From Malacoraja senta (taxonomy: Eukaryota), in NCBI GenBank assembly GCA_038087875.1, contig JAXLNO010000309.1, forward strand, positions 62,001 to 126,000: a DNA stretch of 64,000 nucleotides, written 5' to 3'. Below, one piece after another: positions 1 through 13,734 of the stretch. Within the stretch, counting starts at the first letter, position 1, and each line of letters starts with the position of its first letter. Under the pieces are notes generated by a model. It was not told the origin of the DNA, ran no database searches, and saw nothing but the letters and a program-made list of their open reading frames with translations. The translations under genes were made by a program, and so were the position numbers.

Positions 1-261
1 TTGTCTTCCGCAATCTCGATCTCATCCTCGAGCCCACAGAACCGAGATGCCAATTTTCATTCCATGTTGCACTCTTCAGGAGGTCATCAAATTAATTAAT
101 CCAACATCCTGTGCTCCAGAATGTTGAGCTCGCGTTTACCTTCATTCAATCCTCTGGAAATGCAGCTTTTAAATCCAGGTGTTGTCCAAGCTATGGACAT
201 CTGCGGCATATCTTCTATTCTCTTCCCTGTCTATCCATTTGTGCACGGTGACGATGATCCC

Positions 262-845
262 GCAGAATAAATTAGTGTGCAAAATTGGAGCACATGGTAT
301 TTGGGGTAAGGCATTGACATGGATGGAGAACTGCTTGGCAGACAGTAAGCAAAGCGTAGGAATTAATATGTCCTTGCCAGAATGGCAAGCAGTGATTAGG
401 GGTGCCGCAAGGCTCGATGCTAAGACCCCAGTTATTTACAATCTATGTTAGCGAATTAAACGAGAGAATTCAATGTAACATCTCCAGGTTTGCGGATGAC
501 ATAGAGCTGGGTGGCAGTGTGAGCTGCTGATGAAGATGCTATGAGGCTGCACGGTCAATTGGATAGGTTGGATGAGTGGGCAGATGCATGGCACGTGCAA
601 TATAATGTGGATAAATGTGAGATTATCCATTTTGGTGGCAAAAACAGGAAGGCAGATTATTTTCTGAATGGTGTCAGATTAGGAAAAGGGGAAGGTGCAA
701 CGGGACCTGGGAGTGCTTGTAAATCAGTCACTGAAGGGCAGCATGCAGGTACACTAGGCTGTGAAGAAAGCTAATGGCGTTTTCGCCTTCATTGCGAGAG
801 GATTTGAGTTTGGAACCAATTGCATTTGGGAGGTTCTACTGCATT
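262..845 (+). mobile_element. Degenerate CR1 LINE fragment (RT C-terminal region)
   Basis: Broken ORFs KIGAHGIWGKALTWMEN and LDRLDEWADAWHVQYNVDKCEIIHFG, typical of CR1 RT. Confidence 0.85.
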
Positions 846-847
846 TC

Positions 848-1320
848 AGAATTAGAATTAGAATCAGAATCAGAATCAGAATCAGAATCACACTTTATTC
901 GCCAAGTATGTTTTGCAAGGAATTTCATTGGCCAGGTCCGTCATACAATTAAAAGTAACAGCTCACTCTAAAACACATTTTAACATGAACATCCACCACA
1001 GTGACTCCTACACATTCCTCACTGTGATGGAAGGCGAAATAAAGTTCATGTCCTTTCCCTTAGTTCTTCCACGGTCGTGGGCCTCGAGCCCCCGTTGACG
1101 GGATGATCTTGAATCCCGTAGCCGGCGGCGTTCAGACCCTCCGCGTCAAGGCGATCCACTCCCGCATCGGGGGGATGTCAGATCCCCCGCGCCTGGCGAT
1201 CAAACCTCGCGTCGGGACTGGTAGAACCTTCTGCGATGTTGGAGTTCCCGATTAGCCTCACCCGAGACTGCGAGCCCTTGATGGTAAGTTCGCCGTGGTC
1301 GCGGTGGGAGCGGTCCCAGT
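848..1320 (-). mobile_element. Non-autonomous retroelement (SINE/LINE 3' end) with (TTCTGA)n tail
   Basis: (AGAATC)n run at about 848-890, then TTTATT (reverse AATAAA) and a GC-rich body. It interrupts the CR1 fragment. Confidence 0.55.
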
Positions 1321-1364
1321 GTGTATGTTTGTGATGTGCGTGTGTATGTTTGTCATGTGTGTCA

Positions 1365-1571
<207 letters not shown>

Positions 1572-2414
1572 ATGCGCCGGCGCGTTTCCCTGACACTGGG
1601 GCACTGGAGGGCATGTCGCGCAATGGGATGAATTGATGTTATATGAAATAATTTGTAATAGAATGAGTGATCTGCATACTAAATGCGAAAGAAAACGGAA
1701 TCGGCAATAGGAGCCGAAACATCATTAACGGTCCATAAACCATGGCCAGTGAAACATGGCCAAACATAATGCTACGTTAAATAAATCTCCTTTGGCTCCC
1801 CATGTTCCACATACCTCCATTCCCTACATATCAATGTGCCCATACAAATGTCCCTTAATTGCCTCAATGTAATCCAATTCCGCCACCACCCTCGGCAACA
1901 CGCCCTAGACTCCCTCCGACGTCTCTGTATAAAAATAACGCCCCGCATCCTCCTTTAAACACGAAACATTTACTCGCTCATCATACACCGGGGTCAAAGA
2001 AAGAACTTTCACGTCGCGGCCCTGTTTTCACCAATCTTTCCACTACCACGTACAAGAAGCCCAGGAATCGTAAGACATTCACCATTGTATGCAGAGAAGT
2101 ATGTTCTGCTCTCGCTGAACAACTATTCTTGCGTGTGGACGCGATAAGAAGATCATACGCTGAAAATTGTTAGATATGATGTGAATCGAAAAGAACTGGG
2201 GTAGGAATTCAGATGTAGTCATTTTAATCTATTGTCTTTTCTCTCTCAATATGTCGGTCAATATCGAATTTAATTATTGTTAATAGTTTTATTGCACATC
2301 AGCGTACATTCAGAACTAAGAAATATGACTTAAAGGCTTGTGGTTAGAGGACTGCAGGCACTCGAGTAGAACCATTACGATCCCGGGAAACACTGCGATA
2401 TGAAGGACATGATA

Positions 2415-2937
2415 ACGCCTGGCTATCTGGACTACACTTCTTCCCATCCTGCTTCCTGTAAGGACTCCATCCCATACTCCCAATTCCTCCGTCTAGGCCG
2501 CATCTGCTCCCAGGATGAGGTGTTCCACACCAGGGCATCGGAGATGTCCTCATTCTTCAGGGAACGGAGGTTCCCCTCCTCTACCATAGATGCGGCTCTC
2601 ACCAGGGTTTCTTCGATACCCCGTGACACAGCTCTCTCTCCCCATCCCCCACTCGTAACAAGCGCAGAGTCCTCCTAGTCCTCACCTTCCACCCTACCGC
2701 AGAGTCCCTCTGGTCCTCCACTTCCACCGTCACGTACAACAAATAATCCTCCGTCGTTTTCGCCACCCCCAACGTGACCCCACCACTTGCCACATCTTCC
2801 CATCTCCTCCCCTGTCTGCTTTCCGCAGAGACCGTTCCCTCCGTAACTCCCTGGTCCATTCGTCCCTTCCCACCCGAACAACACCCTCTCCGGGCACTTT
2901 CCCTTGCAACAGCAAGAAATGTTACACTTGTCGCTTT
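2415..2937 (+). mobile_element. Penelope-like element fragment (RT thumb/linker region)
   Basis: YLDYTSSHPASCKDSIPYSQFLRLGRICSQDE and VLTFHP-type motifs. The DNA is homologous to 51840-52075. Confidence 0.85.
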
Positions 2938-2940
2938 CTA

Positions 2941-3256
2941 GCCCTGTCCCACGGTGCGAGTTAATTCCAAGAGCTCTCCCGAGTTTAAAAAAAAATCAAA
3001 CTCGTGGTAAGCACGGAGAATGAACGTAGCGGGTACGTCGGAGGTCGGGGACGTCTCTTAGCGCCAACGGCAGGTACTCGGGAAGACTCGCTAACGGCAG
3101 GTAAGCACGGGAAGACAGTAAGATTTTTCAACATAATGAAAAATGTCCACGAGAGCCCCGAGTACCGACGAGTGGCCATTACCGTAAATCTCCGAGACCG
3201 AATCAGGGCAAACTCGGGAGAACTTTTGGAATGAACTCGTACCGTGGGACAGGGGT
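2941..3256. mobile_element. PIF/Harbinger-type MITE
   Basis: About 46-bp TIRs: GCCCTGTCCCACGGTGCGAGTTAATTCC...CCCGAGTTT vs AAACTCGGGAG...CGTGGGACAGGGG. TTA on the right flank. The subterminal sequence resembles 13735-13930. Confidence 0.8.
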
Positions 3257-4246
3257 TTAACTCCGTTCCTTTACCCGACAACAAATAACAAAAACAATAT
3301 TGAGGAAAAACGCCGAAAGTCAAGGTGTACTTGTCAAAAGTTCGATTTCAAACCTAGAGCACTTGCCGCTCCGACTCAATTTCTTGCACCGCGCGGCGAA
3401 TCCTCTTTTGGTTTTAGCAACGAAATAAAAAGTAAATGAAAGGGAAAACTTTGGGATCTGAAAGTGGCCCAATTAGTGCTGAGGACACTCGGCTATTCGG
3501 GCTGCGTCTACGCAGGAAAAGCAGATTTAACATTTCAGTGTTTTATGATGCAGGGAAGGGGACGACCTGAGAAAGAACAAAGTCGTGTCTGCTGGGACAA
3601 ACACCAGGGAGATCGAATATACCGAGGGTACACATGTTGGGTAGGTGAGGGTGAAAGTTTATTATTGGCGGATTTCACCTCCTTTTATTTACACGTTCAG
3701 GCCGATTAAGATTCGTTCACGCTCATTCAGCCCCCACCCCCATCTATTGCGTGCAAGTTAAACTCGAAACAATGTAATGTTGGAGACAAAAAATAACTAC
3801 AGATTCTGAAATCATGCGGAGGGCACAAAGTGCTCTTGTAAGTCAACGGGTCAAGCAACTTCCACGGAAGACGTGGAAAGGTTACGTTTCGAGTTTGTCG
3901 AGCACAGAAGTGCTGGAATAACACAGTGAGCCGACGATAGTGCAGAATTGTGGCGACCAGAGATGCTGCGTGTCCATTTGCATTCAGCATTTTGCTTTCC
4001 AATGTAATGTTCTACGTCTCATACCAAGCCCCTCTTTAAGTTTACCTCCTGCAATCACTATCTCATCATCCAGCCCACAGACCCGAGATCCTAATTCTCC
4101 TTCAATGCTGCAGAAACCCATCAAATTAATTATTCCAACATCATGTGTTTTTCCATTCTTCTTTTAAAAACGCCGCATTAAATCCACGTGATGTCCAAGC
4201 TTTGGACATCTGTCCACATACATCATATTATATTCCCAGTCTATCC

Positions 4247-5137
4247 GCTAGCCACCCGACGTCTCCATCGGGTGGCGCCATGGTAGTGGCTGCCTCGCCA
4301 GCAGCTGTTCGTCCTTTAACCCTTTTATTTATTTTTAGTATGTCAAAAAGTATGTTCTAAATATTTCTTAGTCTTTTTTATGTGGAGGGGGGGAATACGG
4401 GGAAACCGTTTCCTAGTCACTTACATGGACGGAGTTGCGTCTTTTCTCCATGTCGCATCTTCGCCCCCCCACCCCTAGCGGCCTACCAACTGGATTGGCG
4501 CGGCCTTTCCAACCGGCGAGCGGCCAGAGCTTCAGCGGCGGCGCAGCACTGAATTACCATCGCGGAGCGGGACGATGCCTTGCGGGGGATCGCCTGTGTT
4601 GGAGCGCCAGAGTGCTGGGCCTACTGACATTAACACGGTGGAGCTGTGGTTTGCGGAGCTTCCAGCCGCGGATGGCGCTGCCTTTAACATAGCGGAGTCC
4701 TGGGATCCCTCGCTGGGGTCGCAAATGTTGGAGCTCCGGCCAGCTCGGTCTGTGGACTCGGAAGCCGGTCTCCGGTTGGAAGCGGCCGATTCCGAAACTC
4801 CAAGCCGCTGGGTGTGTTATTTTGTTCCGATGCCGGAGCTCCGAACATCCCGGCGAGAGGGACTGTATTTCGGGCCGTCCGTAGCGGCGACTGCAGAGCG
4901 TTCAAAGGCTCCGACCACGGGTGATCAAAGAGGAAGATGACTGAACTTTATTGCCTTCCCTCACAGTGGGAAACGTTGATTCAGCTGTGTGGGGATGTTC
5001 ATGTTAAATTCTATCGTGTATTGTGTTCATTTTATTCGCATGGCTGTATGGGAACTCAAATGTCACTGTACCAATTGGTGCATGTGACAATAAATGTAAC
5101 TTGAACTTGAACTTGAACCTGAACTTGAACTTGAACT
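4247..5137 (+). mobile_element. GC-rich non-autonomous retroelement ending in AATAAA + (CTTGAA)n
   Basis: Tail repeats at 5099-5137. It interrupts a segment that is uninterrupted in the paralogous block at 1-260. Confidence 0.65.
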
Positions 5138-8100
5138 CCACTTATGCACAGTGACGCTGATGTAATGCGTATGAAACTGCATTTTCTGTGTTGACCGCAC
5201 AGCGGATTATTGTAAAGTACAGAACATGATGGAACAGGCTGTCAGAATACTCACGGTCTGTCAGGAGGAAGCAAAGCAACAACGCATTAAACAATCTCAT
5301 CACAGCTTACCAGGGATACCAAACGCAGCCAGGTTCCGATAGGTAATTTCATTGACGTACAAGATTGGGGCCCGTTCCATCTGATAGTCCCAGTGTCGGC
5401 GTTAAGTTCGGGAACACAATGGGGGAATAGCGCAGTTCGGATGTTCATTAATACTCCCACCATCTCTCCAGTGGGGACCCGAGAATAACGGAACCCTAAT
5501 ATTAGTCACACTCTCTTGAACCAACACGTTACTTTCCGCACAGTGAAGTAATTTCACCTATCCCTTGGTGGAGGAAATTTGACGTAAAAAGTGAAAGAGG
5601 CTGCGAGCTCATTGATCTCTCCCTCTCAAGGGTTTTGCATCTTGAGGACAATTATCATAATTCAATAACTCCTAGATATATTATACGCTTTGTCAAAAAA
5701 AAGGAAGGGTATAAAAAGTTAGGAAACTGATATCAGCTGAATATAGATGAAGCGGGAAAGAAACGGAAAGAAACAATTGGGGGCGTTAAAAGAGGCCATG
5801 AAAGGTTCTTGTCAATTGGGAGTGAGGAGAAGCCCAAGGATTTTATGCATATATCATAAGCAAGAGGCGGAAGTATTAATTGCTAATTGGAATAGCTAAA
5901 CAGTGCTTACAGGAATTTTTAACGGCGATTATCAAGGCACGCTTTGGTTTACACAGACAGTGGTAGACCTGGGTGGACAGGTGGGAATGGAAAAGAAAAA
6001 CAGTAGGTGTGAGATACCTGAAATGGGAGCATTCATTGTTAATACTATAGGGTTGTAGGCTTTTCTCTTTACTATTTCTCACTGGAGCTTTTCTGTGTAC
6101 AAGCGCTGATGTAAATGCTGTGTATTTCCATTCGCTTTATATTTGCATCTGGTAAATTCAGACCCGTGAGTTCAGCCGCAGCCTGTGAGGCGGGGGTAAG
6201 ATATTGTACTGAGTAGGTGAGCACCAGGCACCAATTCGGGCCGAGCGTTGGGGTGGTTGGCTCTGAAGGCTCGAAGCGAGCAATAAAGTGGACAGAGCTA
6301 TACGCAGTCTAGGTAAGGCCAAATGTAAACGCAAAGAACTGCAGATGCGGGAAATTTGAGCTAAACGACAAATGTTTCATTAAAACAGCGGGTAAGGAAG
6401 AATCTGCGAAGGATGTGGGTAGGCGACGTTTCTGGTCCCTTTCCTGTCAGGTTCAGCACATAATCTGCCAATCCACCCAGTTCCTATTGAAGAATAACCT
6501 CGCTGGTCGGTAAAGTGAAATATTTTGTGGAACCTCTTCTCTCCGATCCATATGCCTTAAATTTCAATGATCCGCGGATATGAACACGAAAACCGCCTTA
6601 ATGCCCACGTCGCTACATCTTGTCTCGCTGTGGGTATAGTTCTGAACTCCCAACCTACCCATTGGGATGCCAGCAATTTGTTAAATATTCACTTTCTCTG
6701 CAGATATAACATTGCAATATTGTAACACTGCATCCTTGCACCCTGATTGTCCTTCCCTTTGCACTACCTGTTGTATTTGTGTATAGTTTGATTGCTCTCA
6801 GGAATGGCAAGATTTAACTGCATCGCCCGCGAACGAAGTATCTGGTGACAATAATAAACCAACGCCGATACCAATCTCTCTGCCAGGATTGTGTGCTGTA
6901 CTGAAACATAACTATTGTTGGGGAGCAATCTCTGCATTGAAAGTCAATGCGCGTACAATAGTGAAGCTAGTCAAAAGTGTTCCCTCTGAGTGGAAGTGTC
7001 AAAGACTAGAGGATATCGCTTCAATATGTACGAGTGGCAAATGGAGGCGTGCGGGACCAGTTACACATCGCATGTTAAGTCGCTGGGACGCTGTTAAAAG
7101 TGGTGATAGAGCCTACGATAATGGCATTTAAAATGCTTCTGGATAAGCACAAGTATATGTAGGTAATGGAGTAGAATGGATTGTTGGTAGACAAAACTAA
7201 TTAGTTGATCTTGACATAGTTGACACAGATACTTTGGTCCGAAAACCATGTTACTGTGGCATACGTTCTATGTTTAGCAGTTTTAAAGGACTGAAACCCA
7301 ACGTCTAACAGTTATTCTGGCATTGCAGTTCATTTTCAATTGCCCACCCGCTGGTCGTACAACCAATAGGCGTAGGAGTTGTCCACTCGGCCGTTCAAAC
7401 CAATCCTGTCATTGAATTTGCTCATTCCTGATCTAGTCTGGCCATGTGTCCTATTATGTGCCAGTTCCCAATTGCCCTCAATACCTCGATCTTTACCTAG
7501 CTTCACCTTAAATACCACTGACGGGCGATTCCCCCTCTTCCCGCACCTGTAATTGAACATGATAAACGGAGCACCGATGATATCCCGTTTAACAAAGGCT
7601 GACGCGTGTATGGTGACTAGAGTGGAGGAAATGGTTAATTACTTCTTTCAGGGTAGGGGGGTGGAGTCTCGAGTGGATCGATGTGGGTGATAGGCAGACG
7701 ACCCAATTTGTCTGTTTGTGTGTGTGTGTGTGTGTGTGGGGGGGGGGGGGGGAGTGGGTGGCGTTATTAGACTATTAACGATGGATTGTAGATCCCATGG
7801 TTACATTCCGGACGGGCTGCCCAATACCTAGTTATTCATTCTGATCCGTAAATGCGATCACCTGCTGAATATTAACCGATATTTATCGTGTTTTATATCC
7901 TTTCCGATTTCCAACAAACTTGTGCCTTTTCACAAACACTATTTCTTACAAACAGTATTGCTGTTTGTAAGAAATAGGCATCGGCACAAAATAAAAAAAT
8001 CTAAGGAAAAAATCTAACTACGTTATTTGCAACGAAGTTACAGCTTGAACTGTGCGGTGAGATGGAAGAGCGACATGGAATTATTCAGTAACGCCAACGA

Positions 8101-8439
8101 CAGGCCTGCATGGTCCGCAGCGCCATGTTCAATGTTGCACACCTATTGTAGAACAAGAAAACGACGTGAGTAAAGAACTGTGATGTGCCTCAATTCAACT
8201 TCCGCAGATTTTTAAAAAAAATGATAGAGTCGGGATTATATTTAGGATTCACCAGTGTTAAAATTCGTAACATTAAACGTGTCTGACGCCCTGTGAATGA
8301 AGTGACTCCCGGCTCAGGAAAATACTATGAAATTGCATCTTGGATGAAGTAACTGGTCGGTAATACCAGTGGCCGGTCTTCTGTACGATTTTGCATTGAG
8401 TATTCCTACACCAAGAAGTGGGAAATGGCTTAATTTGTC

Positions 8440-8594
8440 TGGAAATGTTTGTTAAAGGGTCCGTGACTAATGTAATTGCCCCGTCACTCCCAGTAGCCAC
8501 TGGAGGATTAGCGCGGGTATGAATGAGGAGAGGAGCTGCGCTCTTTGATCCACTGTGTCTCCGGGTTTGCTGCCGACACTGCTACACTTCCAGA
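8440..8594 (+). promoter_or_regulatory. Conserved proximal upstream block of GPCR copy 1 (putative promoter/5'UTR)
   Basis: TGGAAATGTTTGTTAA...GGAGGATT...GTAT(T/G)AATGAG block recurs at the same distance upstream of exon 1 in copies 1, 2, 3 and 5. Function is inferred only. Confidence 0.45.
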
Positions 8595-11303
8595 ATGCGG
8601 CGGGCTCCGATTCTATACGTGAAGGAGATCGCCTATCCGATTATGGCGGCGTTTGGAATCCCTGGTAAGATCAATCATTTTAGGTTTAGGTTTATTATCT
8701 TCACGTGTATCGACGTAAAGCGAAGGGCTATATATTGCATGCTATCCAATCTGATCACAGAAACATTTACATAAATACAATCAAGTCAAACGCGTACAAT
8801 CGGTAGCGAAATTAGATTTGAGGAAGTAAGGTGATTTTATCTGACAATCGTAGAACCTTCTCAGGGAACTGCACAATCGGACGCCGTGTCCCATGTCGTT
8901 AGATGTGTAGGAAGGAACTGCAGATGCTACTTTCGATCGAATATAATCACAAAATGCTGGAGTAACACGGCGGGACAGGCAGCATCTCTGGAGAGAAGGA
9001 AGTGTTGGCGTTTCGGGTCGATACCTTCAGATTCTCAAGCATCTTCTGAAGAAGGGTCTCGACTCGAATCGTCACCCATTCCTTCTCTCCAGAGATGCTG
9101 CCTGTCCCGCTGCGTTACTCCAGCATTTTGTGCCTATCTTCAGTGCGTACATATGAGTGAGATGAGATTTAAGTCTCCTCAGGCTTAAGAACTATTTCGT
9201 TCACAAGTTGGCAGACAGACCACGCAGAGCATGAAGAAGTAAACTGAAGAAAGAAAATTCAATTCAAACCCTGATTTCCATTTGGAGCTGTCTTTTGCGC
9301 CGGAGTAAATTACACAACGAAATGATAATTTAATCGGCGAGAAGCAGACGACTGAAGATAGCGTCAAGATGTATATTTGTAATGCTGGAAAAAACCTACC
9401 TGTCACGCATCATCAGTGTGCAATGGAACAACATCGTTGTTTCAGTCCAGAGGCCATGTTAATACAGCAAAAGACTCGCGTTATCGGTAGGTTAACAGGT
9501 CGTTGTAAATTGTGCTTAGTACATTGGCCAGTGGCATCGTCTGGGACGGTAGAACAAAGAGGTTGGAGACAATGTGAAGTGATCATGTGGAGGGATTGGT
9601 GTTAGATCTGTTTGACTAGGAGTTTGAGGGTCGACGAGGAAGGGCTATAACTTGCAGTATGTCTTTATTTTAATGATGAATTTCTCACTGTGCAGCTCAT
9701 TCGCTATATTATTTCCTTCATGGATCAATCATGGTGTTATTGAAAGCATCCCGTGAATATTTCGGTATAATTCACAAATATGTCCTCTAGTTTCGAGAGC
9801 CCAGAACATAGAATAGTACAGCACAAGCACATGCCCTTGAGCCCAGAATGTGCGTCAAACATAATGCAAAGACCATGTCTTATCTACGTGCAAATAACCA
9901 ATATACCGCCATACCCAGCATATCCATATGCTTATTATTTTTTATTCCACTACCGTAGATTTGGCATTCACGATCCACGCAGTGATTTAGTTCAACTTTG
10001 CCCCTTACCGCATTGAAACTGGCCGTTCAGCCCACCCAGTTCATGCTAACCTGTTTGCGCTACTTTAATATAATCCTACTTTGACATCCCCTCCCTACAC
10101 GTTGGAGACGATTTTCTTGCAGACCAATTAACCAACAAACTTTCACGTTTTTGAGAAGTGGGAGGATATCTGAGCATCACGAGGAAACCCATATGTCACA
10201 GGGAGTACGTGCAAACTCCACTTAGCGAGCCCCCGAGACCAGGATCGATTCCTGTTGCTGGTGCTGTGAGGCAGCGGGTCCACCAGCTGCGCCACTAAGC
10301 TGGTCTCTCCAATGAGGTCTAATCGCAGCCTTTGTCGTCTCTATTTAGTGTAATAGAGACGACAATAGAGTCGGGCAACTACCTGGTCATTATGCTCTTA
10401 ATTCTGTCTCCTGCAGCCAACGTGCTGACGGCTTCGATCTTGTACCGGGGACAGTGCGGACTCTCCAGATCACACGTTACATGGTGGCGATGGCAATGTC
10501 CGACCTGCTCGTCATCTTCTTTCAAGTATTGCTCCACGGAATCTACGTTTACTGCACCCCTGAGCCACACCACGGTGTGCCCTTCGTACGTATACCTACG
10601 CATCCTCACGCTGGACTATTCAGTCTGGTTAACCTTGTCCTTCACCTTTGACCGTTTCGTCAGCATTTGCTGCCCGAAGCTGAGACTCAAGTATTGCACG
10701 GATAAGACCGCCGCCATTGTCATTGTGTTCTTGTTGCCGTTGAGTTGTTTAAAGTACATCCCATTTTACTTCATGTACGAGCCACGATTCAACGTGGACA
10801 ATGTGAACTGGGGGTGCCGGCCCAAACCCGCCTACTTCACTTCCATCTGGTGGGTGGCTTTTTCTTGGATGTGTAACATGTCTCTCTACTTACTCCCTTT
10901 CGTCTTAACGCTGCTTCTGAACGGGCTGACGGTCAGGAACATCATAGCGGCCAGCAGGGTCCGCCGGCGCTTGAAAGGACTGGAAGGCAAAGACGCCGAG
11001 GTGGAGAATCGTCGCCAATCCATCGTCTTACTCTTCACCGTATCCGGCACCACCATATTACTGTGGACGACTGGAGGGGTGACTTTCATCTGTACACGAA
11101 TTACAATTAATTTTGTCGGCTCTGATCTCAAAAGTCCCTCGAACATTGCAAATGAGGTGGGGGTCTTGCTCATTCGGCTCAGCTCCTGCGCCAACACCTG
11201 TATCTACGCAATGACGCAAAGCAGGTTCAGGCAGGAGTCGAAGAACGGGATTAAAAGTTTCATTCGTTTTTTTATTAAACCCACGAAACGGTCGCGGCAT
11301 TGA
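8595..11303 (+). CDS. Class A orphan GPCR, GPR139/GPR142-like, copy 1 (subtype A). Exons 8595-8664 and 10417-11303. Frame is open (318 aa) but TM2 is replaced by out-of-frame sequence; may be a pseudogene.
   Basis: Exon 1 MRRAPILYVKEIAYPIMAAFGIP ends G|GTAAGA. Acceptor ctgcag|CC AAC GTG restores phase 1. Motifs FTFDRF (TM3), LLPF (TM5), LLWTT (TM6), SSCANTCIY (TM7). A 4-nt deletion near 10470 and an 11-nt net loss near 10562-10571 (vs copy 3) cancel out. Confidence 0.8.
8948..9132. mobile_element. Inverted pair of Penelope pseudo-LTR remnants in the intron of copy 1
   Basis: 8948-9030 is an approximate reverse complement of 9046-9132 (CTGAAGAAGGGTCTCGAC...CCAGCATTTTGTG). Confidence 0.7.
10118..10298 (-). 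mobile_element. tRNA-derived SINE (HE1/V-SINE-like) in the intron of copy 1
   Basis: GAGGAAACCC...GTCACAGGGAG..GTGCAAACTCCAC core and box-B-like CAGGATCGA on the minus strand. Homologue at 31078-31262. Confidence 0.65.
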
Positions 11304-13734
11304 GCCGAATGCTGGAGTTGGAATACAACGCAGCTGTTCTCTCTATTCCCATCAGTAAAACACACCGCCCCATGACCCCACTTGCGGTTAGAGGGGCCTC
11401 GTTGAACGGGAGATCGTAGATTTTACCCCAGGGAATGCGTTAGAACCCGACTCTATCTACATCTATCGTCTATCGTCTATCGTCTGTCTATTTCCCTCCA
11501 GAGATGCTGCCTGGCCCGCTGAGTCTACCCACCACTTTGTATTTTGCTCAGGATTTCAACAGTTATACACTCTTCAATCCCCTCTGTCGTTTGCTACCTT
11601 ATTTCTATCAAATTCGGCATATTCTCTGGGATCCACCCAGCGCCAATTAAAGAGTAACTTCGCGGTCGGTAACGAGAAATATTCTGTTGCCCTTCTTCTC
11701 TCCGACCTACTTGTCCTAAATTTCAAGCATCCGTGGACAGGAACACCAAAGCCCCTCTCAGTGTCCACCATTTGTCCACTACCATCGCTGTTGATGGAGT
11801 CTTGATCTCCCAACCTACCTGTTGCGGTGTTTACGTTTTCTGAAATTGTCACTGTCTCTGCAACTGTAATATTGTAAAAATTTAACAGTACATTCTGCGC
11901 TCTGGTTATCTTTCGCTAGTCACCAACTGCTGTATTTGTGTAAGGTTTTATTGTAGAATTGAATGGTAAGACCTGACAGGATAGCACACAAACAAAGTAT
12001 CCCGTTACAATAATGAACCAATACCAATGCGCGGGCCCTCACGTTGCGCTGCACTGGAAACATAACCATTGGCATCGAGCACTCTCTGCATTCAAAGTCA
12101 ATGCACGTTACAATAGGATAGACAGTCAGAACAATTCCTCCAGGGTGGAAATGTCAAAGAGTATATGGCATAACGTCAAGCTGTGAAAGGCAAGGTTGAA
12201 TTGGGATGTGCGGGGCCTGTTAAACAGTGTGCGGTGGGTCCCTTCGTGCGAAGTGCGGTGGATTCAACTAAGGTAACGGTATTTAAAAGGCTTCTGGATA
12301 AGCACGTGGATATGCAGGGAATATTGATCCGTATGAATGAGATTAGTTTCCCTTGACATCATGTTCGGTACAAATACTGTGGGCCGCGTGGCATGTTCCT
12401 GTGTCATACTTCTCTGCGTTCCATGTTACTGGTTTAAAAACGCTGATTCCGATACCACAACATCGATGTTGGAATTGCAGTTGATTTTCAATTGTTTTCT
12501 CAATATGACCACCGAGAAGCAGGAGTGGGCCACTCCACCACTCACGGCTATCCTGCCATTGAAGTTGATTATGGCTGATCTACACTGGGCTCATCTACTC
12601 TTCAGTGCCTGTTCCCCATTTCCCCGAATTCCTCGCTCTTTACCCAGCTTCACATTAAATACATCTTAGGATCTAACCAATCGCAACTTCTTTGCCTGTG
12701 TTGTGGTTGTTTCTGAAATGCGCGGTGAAAAAACCCAGCCCCTCGGATGTACTGCAGTTGTTCAACCTCCAGAATCCGGAAGTGGAGCTCCTCCCGCCGA
12801 GGACTCTTCCTGCACCGGCCAGGTCGGAGAGAGCAGCAACTAGGGAAATGCAGATGCTGGAACCTTGAGGATAATATAAACTGCTGGAGAAACCTAACGG
12901 GTCAGGCAGCATTTGTGGAGGATATCGCCAGGTGACGTTTCGCGCAGGGACCCTTCTTCGTAATGTATTTCATGGATCAGCGGATGAGCTCTGCCCCATC
13001 GTTAGTAGGCCAACTCGATTAACACGAAGAATGTGAAAATAAATCAAAATTATATTTCTTTTACCAAATACTTTCCCTTACTTTGTCTTGGTGCTTAAAG
13101 CATACACATGGTTAGTTGAAAGGTACATCGCATGATGTGAGAGACTTTTAGATAGATCCAAACATATGTAGGAAATGAAGCAATATGTCCTAGAGATGTA
13201 GTCCGAGGAGATTGGTTTAACTTGGCATTATGTTCATCAAGGTCGGACGATGGCTTGTTCTGTTCTCTGGTATGTTCTATTTCGAAATATATAATGTATT
13301 AGATGGGTACATCTGGAGCACGGTTTCTTTTTTCTGATCAAACCTCTGCAGCGAGAATGTGATTCTACAGGAGAGGTGCAGAGGGGGGGGGGGGGGGCTC
13401 CCATTATATGGAACTGCAGAGTATGGAACTGCAGATGCTGGAATCCTGATCAAAACAGAAACTGCAACTGGGGACAATTTAATGTTTCCGCCGTTTCTCT
13501 ACATTCAGTTCCTAGAATTAACAAAAAACGATTTAAGCAAACCATTACGATATCGCCCATTCCTACACCGTGGATATAGATTTGACAAAGACTGGATTAT
13601 AGTTGAGTTGAGGGGAGTTGACCTTAGTTTATTGTCATGTTTACCGAGGTACTAAGAAACGTTTTGTTGCGTGGTAACCAGTCAGCGGAAGAACATTGCA
13701 TGATTACTATCTAGCCATTCACAGTGTACAGTTA

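Noticed and set aside
10332..10416. N-terminal part of the 323-aa ORF as the true receptor start
   Set aside because: It is intronic read-through. The paralogs show a conserved upstream exon and an acceptor at 10415-10416.
10886..11197. Recurring antisense ORFs over the GPCR exons (also 23665-23943, 31799-32161)
   Set aside because: Shadows of the sense coding frame, repeated only because the genes are paralogous.
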